From Candidatus Woesearchaeota archaeon (GTDB lineage: Archaea > Nanobdellota > Nanobdellia > Woesearchaeales > UBA10216), in assembly GCA_016188155.1 (NCBI GenBank), contig JACPIH010000011.1, forward strand, positions 1 through 57,337: a stretch of DNA of 57,337 nt, read 5' to 3'. A model generated the notes under the pieces. That model saw only the letters and a program-made list of their open reading frames with translations. It was not told the DNA's origin and made no database searches. Both the position numbers and the translations under genes were made by a program. Shown piece by piece: positions 27,801 to 39,800 of the stretch. Position 1 is the first letter of the stretch. Each line of letters opens with the position of its first letter.

Positions 27801-30800
27801 ACCTGACAGGAGGGGTGCGCGGCTTCGGCTCTGGGTTTACAAGCGCAGGCAGGCGCGGGAAAGCATTGAACTTTGATGGCCAAGGCAATGCCGTAAACGT
27901 GTCCGACAGCGCTTCCCTCAGCAGCTTCTCAACTTATTCACTGGAAGCCTGGATAAAGCCGCATGAAGGGACAAGCGGCAGAATTGTCAGGAAGGACGGC
28001 GAGTACGCCATATCGATTCTTGGCTACCCCTACCTGGCCAGCGAGCACAAAGCCGGTGCTGCTTGTGGTGGGGCATGGTCGAGCCTCTGGGACGATACAG
28101 CCTTGCAGCCGGACAGCTGGTATTACGTTGCTGTCACTTATAACGGCTCTAACAGGACCCTGTACGTTAACGGCAATTACGAGAACTCCTCGGCTGACAC
28201 CGGCTCATTGCCTGACTGCTCAACACCTCTAATGATTGGCAGCAGCCAGACTTTTTCAAGCGTTTTCAACGGCACAATTGATGAGGCTAAGGTCTGGAAC
28301 CGTGCTTTGTCTGCTGACGAAATCAATGCTTCTTATTCTGCTGGTGTTTACAGGCTGTTTAGGAACTTTACCGGTCTCAATGACGGTAACTATTCTTACA
28401 GGGCTTATGTTGTTGACGCTGCCGGCAACATGAACGTTACCGTGAACAGGACTTTTGCTGTTGATACTGTTGCTCCTACTATTGCTTACATTTTCCCAAC
28501 CGAGGCTAATAACTCTTTCGTTAATCGCAGCTTTACTGTCGTCAACACGACCGTGACCGAGTCTGGCGAGTCCAGCGCATTCATTAACTTTAACAACTCT
28601 CTCGTTGGCTATTGGAGGTTTGAGGACGATGCTGATACTAACGCGAGCGACTTTACCAGCAACAATAACAACGGCACTTTGGTCGGGTTTGGCTGCACTG
28701 CTGCTGACTGCAACCTGACTGGAGGGGCTGGTGGGGTTGCTTCCGGGTTTGTGAGCTCGGGTAAAAGAGGCAAAGGAATGGCGTTTGACGGTGTAGATGA
28801 TTATGTGGAGTTCGCCAATCAGTCAAGTTTGAATCTTACGGGGGCTTTGACAATAGAAGCTTGGGTTATGAAAATTGGCAGCCCAAGCAACGAAAGAGGT
28901 ATTGTAGCCAGGTATTGGAATTACGGGGCGTTTCCACTCAACAGAAGCTTTACTTTAGATGAACAAAGTAGCGGAGTGCCAATATTTTTAATATCACAGG
29001 ATGGCGCCATTAACAACAACACCGCAGCAACAACCACCCTCCAAAATAACACGTGGTATCACATCGCTGGCGTTTACGTTCCTTCCACGAGCATAAGCAT
29101 TTACGTTAATGGGGTTCTTGAAGGGAACAAAACCGCCGGAATTGCAAGCTCAATACTCAACAATCCAAAATCTCCTGTTAGGATTGGAGTAACCTTCGAT
29201 CCAGAAGTCGCTTCAAGATACTTCAACGGCTCGATTGACGAGGTCAAGATATGGAACAGGGCGCTGAACGAGTCAGAAATCAACGCTTCCTTCCAGGCTG
29301 GAACTTACCGTTTGTTCAGGAACTTTTCCGGCTTGCCTGATGCCAATTACAGCTTTAACGTTACTGTTGTTGACTGGGCTGGTAATTTGTTTACCAACAA
29401 AACGAGGAATGTGGTTGTTGACACCACGCTGCCGCTGATTAGCTTTGGTTTGGGCAGCGATGCCAACGGCACCAGCCTGGCTAGGAATTACATACATCTT
29501 AATGTTTCTGTTGTAGAGCTTTATGGCCATAATTTGACTGCTTTCCTGTTCAGCGGCTCTTCCATTATTGCTTCGCAGAACGTTTCTGTTAATACTACCC
29601 CGGCTTTCAACAATGTTACTTTCTTGTCCGTTGCAGACGGCTACTACAACATCTCAATCTCGGTGAGGGATTTGGCTGATAATGTCAACACCACACCAAC
29701 GAACAGGAGCTTTACTGTGGATACTACGCAGCCGTTGATTGATAATGGCAGTGGGATTAGTTCTCCTGGTTTTAGGAATGTTAATTGGGCATTCATAAAC
29801 TACTCCTTTACTGAAGTAAACAATGACACGATGTATATTCGCAATGGGACTGGCGGCATTGTGACCAACACTACGCCCAACAAAAACACAACTTACTTCT
29901 GGTACAACTTCACCAGCTTGGACAATGCGAACTACACGTTCTCGGGCTGGATTAATGACACAGCAGGCAGGCTCAACACTACAACCAACACGTCCATTGT
30001 TATAGATACTGTGTTCCCGACTGTTGATTTCGGCCTTGGAAGCGATGTTAACGGTAGTTCTGTTGCGAGGAACTACATACACCTTAACATAACAGTTACT
30101 GAGCTTTACGGGCACAACCTTACGGCTTCCCTCTTCAGCGGCACTACTCTCGTGGCTCTGCAGAACGTGAGTGTGAACACGACTCCGTACTTTAACAACG
30201 TCACCTTCCTCAGCGTGTCCGACGGTTATTACAACATTACCATCAAAGTAAAGGACATGGCCAACAACACCAACACATCTGTGAACAGGAGCATAACCGT
30301 TGACACTACTGCCCCCGTCTTGAATTACGCTGCTCCGAGCTTTGCCAACGCTTCTTTTGTTAATGTTTCGTGGATTTTCCTGAATTTCAGCTTTACTGAG
30401 ATTAATAATGGTACGTTGATGATTAGGAATGGGAGCACGAACTGGACTAACGTTAACGCGAGCTCAGGTTATTTCTTTTATAACTTCAGTCCGAGGGCGG
30501 ATGGCAATTATACGTTCTTCGGCTGGATGAATGACTCCTCGGGTGCTGTTGCCCAGACCGTGAACAGGACGATATTCATCGACACTGCGGGGCCTTTGAT
30601 AACTTATGAGGCAACGAGCTTTGCAAACGCTACATATAACAAGTTTGTAACGATAAACATAACAGCTAATGACACGGCCAATGACCACAACGAGCTGAGC
30701 GCGTTTGTGGACTTCAACGGCAGCCTGGTTGGTTACTGGCGCTTTGAGGACGACGGGGATACTAATGCGACAGACTTCACCAACAACAACAATAATGGCA

Positions 30801-33800
30801 CTTTGGTGAATTTCAGCTGCACGGCTCTGAACTGCAACCTGACTGGCGGCACTGGAGGAACAGGCTCGGGATGGACAAGCGCTGGCAAGAGGGGCAAGGC
30901 ACTCGTCTTTGACGGTAACAGGACTCATGTAGAAACTTCTGACATAAACGCGCTTGATGGCACATCCTCCTTGACGGTTGAAGCATGGGTCAGGCCAACC
31001 ATCCTGTTTGGAAGCGAGGCAATCGTTGCAAAATGGGATTACGATACTGACGCAAGCTTTGCGATGCAGCAGAACCCGGCAGGCGCCATTCAGGTTTTCA
31101 TCGCAGACTCATTAACAGACACTGGCGGCAACCGTGCGGTTACTGACAAAGTCGTCCTTAATGCCAGCACATGGACTTACGTGGCGTTTGTTTTTGACGG
31201 CACAGGCAGCGGCAATGCAGCCCGCCTGAAGATTTACGCAGATGGGGTTGCTGTTCCCATTACGTTTACCGGCACTATACCAGCAGCTACGACCTCCGGC
31301 AACACAGCTACCCTAAAGATAGGAAGGTTCGGAGGAACCTTGAACAGGTACTGGAATGGGACCATTGACGATGTCAAGGTCTGGAACAGGTCGTTATCCG
31401 CTGCCGAGATTAACGCTTCTTATCAGGCAGGAAATTACAGGCTGATTACGAACATCACAAGCAGCGACAGCAAGTATGCAAACGGCAACTTCACTTATTA
31501 TGCTGCGGTTGTTGACGCAGCAGGAAACATGAACCGCACAGAGACAAGGCTGGTTGTACTGGACAACACTGCTCCGGTCATTGCAGCGATCAGGACGTTC
31601 AGCAACGTGTCGGGCTTCTTCTTCCAGGCAACAAACACGACCTCTGCCGTTACAGCATACTTCAACTCGCTGGCAGCAGGGCAGAGCGGAGGCGCTGACT
31701 CTGGCGGCGGAGGCCAGGAAGCAATAGTGGAAGTGGCTTACACTGACCTTTACCGCAGCAGCCTGAGCGGAAACACAACATTCTCTGACACGCCATCAAA
31801 CATCACAAGGGCTGACCCGACAAGGGTTGCCTACACGATTGAAACCGGCTCTGGCAATGCTACCGCAGCGGTTTACGCCAATGATACGGCCAACAACACG
31901 GCAACGGCAACTGTCAGGTTTATTTTGGACATTAACGATACCGTAACCACTGACAACAGCAGCAGCAGCTTCACGTGGTTCAGCACTAACGTAACTATCA
32001 ATTTGACCGCAGTTGATGTCGCGAATGGCTCAGGGGCCAACAAGACGCTATACTGCACCTACACCTCTGGAACAACTTCTTGCACTCCAACCGTTGAGGT
32101 CGCTAACCCCACAGACTTCAGGCTGCCTATCAACTGCAGCACAGGCAGCAGCTGCACGATAAGAGTCAGGTATTACAGCATTGACAACGTCAGCAACAAC
32201 GAAAGCGGAGGAGCCAATGGAGGCCAGATTAGGGAGTCAAACACAGTAAACATCGCTACTGGTGGCTCTGACGTGCAGGACTCGCTCGTGAATAATTCAG
32301 TCATAACGAACGCGTCGTTCGTGAGGCAGAGCAACATTACCAACAGCATGGTCAACGGCTGCAGGGTTACCGGCTCAATAATTACAAGGTCGTGGATGTT
32401 CAGGCAGGCCGACACCCGCTTCAACTGCAGCATAAGCGACTCAGTGGTTATCGATTCCAACCTGACATCCGCAGTGGTTGAGAAGCGCAGCTACATTGAC
32501 CCAAGCACGATTGTCGACTCAGTAATAACAAACAGCTCAATACGAAACTCAACAGTCAACTACAGCAGGGTTGACAGCAGCATATTCTGCGGCAACTTCA
32601 CGCTCTGGTCAGCTGATGTGCTGAACAACGTGCTTGTTTCAGGAAGGCTGGAGTTCAACGACACAGTTTACTTCGGCCCGGTGAGCCTGAACAGCATATG
32701 CGGCCTGGTTGCGCCTTCACCGGTTGGCACTTTGGCAGCTGAGCCGTCAATAGTCAACGACAGCAGCAGCGTGGTGTTCAAGTACTCTGCAACTGCTTTG
32801 GGCTATACTGTTACCATCGGAAGCAACGAGCTTGTTAAGCTTGACAACACCAGCACCAAGTCAATAACGCTTAACGACAACGGCACCTCTCCTGACCTTG
32901 TTGCCAACGACGCTGTCTATTCCGGGAACTACAGCATCAGCGCTTTGAACAACGAGAGCGATGGCAACAAGACGATAGTCGCCCAGGTGAATGACAACAT
33001 TGGCAACAACTGGACAGTCAACACCAGCGTGACCCTTGACAACACCCCGCCTTCTGCCGCGATTGTAATCAATAGCAATAACCTGAACACCACTTCAGCT
33101 GTTGTTACCCTGAACATTACATCCAGCGACGCCACTGCGGGAGTTAAAGATTGCAGGTTTGCAAATGAGGACAGGATTTTCGGCAGCTATGAGCAGTGCA
33201 CCATTGTGAAGACCTGGACTTTAAGCAGCGGCTCGGGCCTGAAGACTGTGGTGGTTGAAGTGAGGGACAAGGCTGGCAACTTTAACGAGACCAACGACAC
33301 CATAACGCTGCTGGGGATAGGTACAGTGATAGTCTCGCCCCAGAGCGGTGAGATAGTCAAGGGCTCCAAGCTCGTCATCGTCTCTGCGCCTGACTCGGCC
33401 ACGTGGGTGACGTTCAACATTACAAACGCAACCAACTCTGGCCACACGTGGAACCTTGCAGGCACTGCAAACCAGATAACCAATGATACTACCCCAAGTG
33501 ATGGCTTTAGTCAGACGTGGACAACGACAGCAACAGCATTTGCAAACGAGTCAAAGTTCAACCTCACTGTCATTAGCTACGACGCTTCAGGCAACCAGCT
33601 GAGCAACGACACCAAAGGCAACATAGAAGTTGACAATAACCCGCCGACTGTTACTTTGGATGTGCCGAATGCCAACGGGCTTTACCACGGCGTGGTTGCT
33701 GTGAACGCCTCTGCCTCTTCAGACACCTCAAAGGTCAGGTTTGAATACCGCAGGGGGACCGGTGACTGGACTGTGATTGGCGAGGCAGTTACTCCACCGT

Positions 33801-36800
33801 TCAAGGTTGACTGGAGCACCACTGGCTTGTCTGATGGCACGAACTACGAGGTCAGGGCTAACGCAACTGATGATGCAGGGAACTCGGCTAATGTCAGCAA
33901 CGCCAATATTGAGGTTGATAATACTGCGCCAACGATTACGATTGTCAATCCTACCGCCGGCACTGAGGTCTCGGGAACATTCAACATTACCTTTACGATA
34001 CTTGGCACAGTCCACGACACAGAGATTCAGTTTGATGGCGGGGCATGGGCTACTGCTAATGACAAGACCTACCACCTGTGGGATACAACCGCTTACACAG
34101 ACACCACCCACGCCATAAGGGTAAGGGTTAATGACTCTGTGAACAATACCGGCTACAGCGACATAAGGTTGGTTACTGTTGACAACGGAGGAGCGCCTGT
34201 AATCCTTCTTGAGCCGGCTTCCAGCGGCTACAAGTCCGGCAACGTTGACATCACAGTCAGCGGCCCGGGCACGACATTCAACGTTACCTTTAACGTCAGC
34301 AACTCAACCGGCTACTTCAACACCTCAGGCACTGAAAACGTCGTTACCCTTGACAACGTAAGCGGTGACGGATGGTCGGCAGTGTGGGCAACGGGAGGGT
34401 TTGCCGAGGACAGCATTTACACTATTACAGTCAGGGCTTACAGCGCCAGCAACGCCCTGCTGGGAACAGACACGGCAGTCAGCATTGAAGTTGATAACCT
34501 CATACCTGCAAACGTGACACGCATCAATATAACCGACTCTCCGACAGACCTTGACGGCAACCTGGTTATCAACTGGACATCAACATCAAGCGCTGACCTT
34601 GACCACTACAACCTGTACAGGTCACAGACAAGAGGCTTTAACATAAGCACTGGCTCATTGCTGAAGAGCGTGGCTGGCAACACCACAACAGACAATGTTC
34701 CGGCTGGAGTTTGGTTCTACAAAGTAACTGCTGTTGATAACGTCGGAAGGGAAAGCAATGCGAGCATAGAAGCTAACACGACCATCGACATCGTAGGCCC
34801 AACAGGCACCATGGACATCAATGCGACATACGCCAGGGACAACGACACAATAAAGTTCATTTACACGGGCTCGGCAACAGGCTTCACCGCAATCGTAAAC
34901 GCATCTGAGATGCAAAAGCTGGACGCCAGGGTCCTGCACGGCTTCGAGACCTTGTGGGAGACTTCAAACAACAACAGCCTGAACATGACCCTGAACAGCA
35001 CAACAACCAAGGCTGGCAGCTTCAGCAACCAGCTCAGGACTAACGAGTCAGGCGCCTTGGGCCAGAACATAACAGTTGACTTATCCGCAGGAGGTGCTGT
35101 TAACCTCAGCAGGTACAACAGGCTTCTGTTGTGGGTGCAGGCGAACACCACTGGCAGCCTGTTCAACCTCACGTTTGGCAAGGACAACTACACAGACTTC
35201 AACTTTACCATTACCGTAAACACTGCCAACGCCTGGGAGCAGAAGATAATTGACATATCAACCATACCTGTGCTTAACCGCAGTTCTGTAAGGTACCTGA
35301 TGTTTAACGTAACAACCACCCAGCCGTTCAGGGCGTTGCTTGACGGCTTGGAAGCCAGCAACCAGATAAGCTTGGTCGACGACGGCACAGGAGGGGATGC
35401 TGTTGCGAACGACGCGAGTTACACTGGCGTTTACAACATAACATCTGATAACAACTTAACCGATGGAGCCAAGACAATCAGGGCTTTGATTGACGACGGC
35501 TCTGGCAACTTCCTCGCCCCTCAGGACACGATAACCCTTGACGGCACGCCGCCCAACGGCACTGTGCTGATAAACGAGGGCGACCTGTTCACCATTACGA
35601 GGACAGTGACGCTTAACCTTACGTTTGTTGACGCCACTTCAGGGGTTAAGGACTGCAGGTTCAGCAACACTGAGCCGTTGACTTCGAGTTATGAAAGCTG
35701 CCAGGTGCTCAAGGTATGGACCACCACGACCGGCGGGGGCACAAAGACAGTTTACTTTGAAGTGAGGGACCAGGCTGGCAACATAAACGTGAGCATAGAC
35801 ACGATAACCCTTGACGTGAGCGTCCCAGCAATGGCAATAACTTACCCGTTGCCAGGGGCAATTGTCAACGGCAGCATTAACGTCACTTTCACTGGGGCAG
35901 AAAGTACGCAGCCGCAGATAAGCTTTGACGGCGGCAACTGGACGAACACAACAGCATCCACTTATCATTTCTGGAACACCACAAACCTTTCAGAAGGCAC
36001 CCATGGCATAAGGGTCAGGGACACCGATGCAGCTGGGAACATAGGTTACTCTGAGACGCTGCTGGTTACTGTTGACAACATTCCTGGAGTGGTTACGTTT
36101 GTGCAGCCTGGCAGCAGCCAGGTGCTCACCGGGAATGTGACAGTCATTGCTGTTGCTCCTGACAACACGGTCAACATGAGCTTCTGGATATTCAACACTA
36201 CTTCAGGAAGGAGCGTTCAGGTTTACAACGACACGCTTGTTGCTGACGGCTGGAACTTCAGCCTCCAGACAGCGCAGTTTGAGGATGGCGCCTGGGACCT
36301 TTATGTAAATGCTACTGACAGCTTTGGCAGGATGTTTGACACTGCTTCTGTGCACGGCTTGAGGTTTGACAACAACGTGCCAACAGTGAGCTTGGCAACG
36401 CCCGCCAATGGCGCAACGGTAAGGGGCACTGTGATAATCAACGCGACAGCAAGCTCTGATGTCAAGCAGGTCATGTTTGAGTACAGCAACAACTCAGGCA
36501 CTGACTGGCAGCCGATAGGGATTGACTTCAGCCCATCTGCAGGATGGACGTTTGCGTGGTATACCGTTGCACTGAACGACGCCTCAACTTACAGGGTCAA
36601 GGCCAACGCTACCGACTACGCGGGCCTTTCTGCAATTGGCCAGAACACTGCTGACTTCACCATTGACAACACCGCTCCGACCATAACCATAACCACTCCT
36701 GCGCCCGGAAGCTACGTTAACGGGACCACCACCATCAACTTTACCGGCAACGCTTCCCCAACTTCTGAGCTCAGCATTGACGGAGCATCATGGACTAACA

Positions 36801-39800
36801 TTACGAACTCAACATCGTTTGCGTGGAACACCGCAGCTTACAACGACGGTACGCACACACTGCAGGTCAGGAATAACGACTCGGCTGGCAACACCGGCTT
36901 AAGCGGCACTGTAGCTGTGATTGTTGACAACACCAGGCCAACAGTCGTTATAATAAGCCCGCTAAGCAACACAACGATAAAGGGCAACGTTACAGTGCTG
37001 GTCTCGACCTATTTTGACACTGCAAGGCTTGACTTCTACGTTGACAACAACACAGGCTCTGGCTGGGTTTTGAGGAGGTCTGACACCAACAAGGCTGACG
37101 GCTGGGACTTCGCCTGGGACACAGCGCTTGATTGTGCCACAACAGGAGAGTGCACGGGCGTGAGGCTGAGGGTTAACTCGACAGACGCGGCTAATTTGAC
37201 AAGCAACTTTACAGTAAGCGGGTTGGAGATAGACAATACAGCCCCAACAGTTACGCTGCTCTACCCACCCGACAGTGCAACGATTAGGGGAGTTATTATC
37301 GCCAGTGCTACCGGCAGCAATGACACGAGGCAGGTTGTGTTTGAGTACAGCCCTGACTCGGGCTCCACATGGTACACCATCGGCACTGACCCGAGCTCTG
37401 CCAGCGGCTGGAACATTACCTGGGACACGAGGCAGGTTGCTGATGCCGCAACTTATCGTGTCAGGGCAAACGCTACAGACAACGCAGGACTTTCAGCAGC
37501 TGTGCAGAACACTGCTGACTTTACCATTGACAATGTTGAGGCGGCAACGACAATAATTAGCCCGAAGGCCGGCACGGTTGTTTCAGGCAACTTTACTGTT
37601 ACGGCCATTGCCCCTGACAGCACGTTCTATGTCCTGTTCAGGGTGTTTAACGGCTCTGGCAATTTCAGCTTTAACGGCAGCGGCAGTGCTGGTTTCACTA
37701 ATGACAGCTCTCCTGCTGACGGCTGGTCTGCGAAGTGGAACACCACGGCATTCACTGATGGGCTGTACAACCTGTCAGCTGCTTCGTATGATGTTAATGG
37801 CAACTACATCAGCAACGGTACCGAGCTTGGCATCAGGGTTGACAACAACGCCCCAACTGCTCCAACGCTGAGCGCCCTGCCAACATTTGACACAGACGGC
37901 GTGGTTGTGCTGGAGTGGAGCAACGTTACAGCTTCAACCGCTGACGTGATTTATTACAACGTGTACCGCTCAACAAATGTAAGCTTTGCACTCTCAACAG
38001 CTACAAAGATTAAGAACGTCAGCAGTAACTTTAACACCACAACAGACTTCCCGGGCGTTAATGCCAAGTATTATTATAAGGTTACTGCTGTCGACAATGC
38101 GCTGTTTGAGTCTGCAGCGAGCAATGAGGCCAACACGACCGTTTCTGTTACAGCTGCTGGCGCGCTTGTGGGAACCTTATCTGTTAATGACACAATCGTG
38201 AAGGATGCCGACGCTGTTGTGTTTAGCTATTCGAGCAGCGCAACCGACCTCAACGTCACTATAAACACGACTGAGATGCAGCGGCTTGACAACTCCACCA
38301 GGGCCGACCTGAGGCTACAGGATGGTGGGGCGCCTCCAGACAGGGTAGCTGACGATGGAGTCTATGCAGCATTGTTCACGATTTCAACGGACAACAACCA
38401 GAGCGATGGTAACGTCCAGCTCAGGGCCATAGTTAACGACTCTGCCAACAACCAGTTCCTGCCCACGATCAACATTACCCTGGACAATGCAAGGCCTAAT
38501 GCTTCGTTGCAGATAAACAACAACCTTGGCATTACCTCTTCAAGGGAGGTTACGCTGCAGGTCAGGTTTAACGACACCTTTGGCATCCAGAAGTGCAGGT
38601 TTGCAAATGAGGACAGGGACTTTGACGACTGGGAGGGCTGCACTTCAACAAAAGCTTGGAGGCTGTCTGCCACTGATGGGCTAAAGACTGTTGTTGTGCA
38701 GGTAGCCGATAACGCCGAGAACGTGAATGAGACCAACGACACAATAACGTTGACAACAGTAGCTGCTACAACAATAATTACGCCTAGAAGCTACAGCGTG
38801 GTGTCAGGCAACTTTACAGTAATTGCTGTTGCCCCGCCAACGACGGGCTTTGTGCTCTTCAGCGTGTTTAACGGCTCTGGCAATTTCAGCTTTAACGGCA
38901 GCGGCAGTGCTGGTTTCACTAATGACAGCACGCCTGCTGACGGCTGGTCCGCGAGGTGGAACACCACTGCGTTTAGCGACGGCCTGTACAACCTCTCGGC
39001 GGTTTCCTACGACGTTAACGGCAACTACATCAGCAACGGCACTGAGCTTGACATCCGCGTAGACAACAACGCCCCAGCAGCAGTAACCCTGACGGCATTG
39101 CCTGCCTACTTCAACAAGAACATAATTGCGCTGAACTGGAGCCCAAGCACGAGCTCTGACGTTGCCTGGTATAACGTGTACAGGTCGAACAACATCAGCT
39201 TTGTGCTGAGCAGTGGGGCATTGCTTAAGAACGTCAGCACTAACATCACTTTCGATGTTGTGCTTGACGGCCAGTGGTTCTACAAGGTAACGGCTGTTGA
39301 TGCTTCCGGGAGGGAAAGCGCTGCGAGCAACGAAGTAAACGTTACAGTCGTAACCGGAGCTCCTCCGAGCGAGATTTTTGGCACACTCGCTGTTAATGAT
39401 TCGATAGTCAACAATGGCAGCTCGCTGCTGTTTACGTTTGCAGGAAGCGCGACTAACCTTAACGTCACCATAAACCAGTCAGAGATGCAGAAGCTCGACA
39501 ACACCTCAGGAGCACTGCAGCTCAACGACTCAGGCATTAATGGCGATTACCTCGTGGATGATGCAACTTACTCTGCAATTTACGCCATAAGCATGCTCAA
39601 CAACGAGAGCGATGGAATGAAGCAGCTAATTGCCAGGGCTACTGACATTGCTGGCAACCTGTTCATGCCTGCTGTTAACATCACTCTGGACAACACAAGA
39701 CCAAATGCAACGATAAGCATCTTCGGCATCAGCCCTGCCGGCTTTACCAATGTCAGCACCGAGTACACATTCAGCAGGGCAGTTACTTTGGTTATGGCGT

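Noticed and set aside
11241-31450. Diversity-generating retroelement acting on the LamG repeats
   Set aside because: No reverse transcriptase is present in the window, and I saw no TR/VR pair with adenine-specific mismatches. Variation is whole-core replacement.
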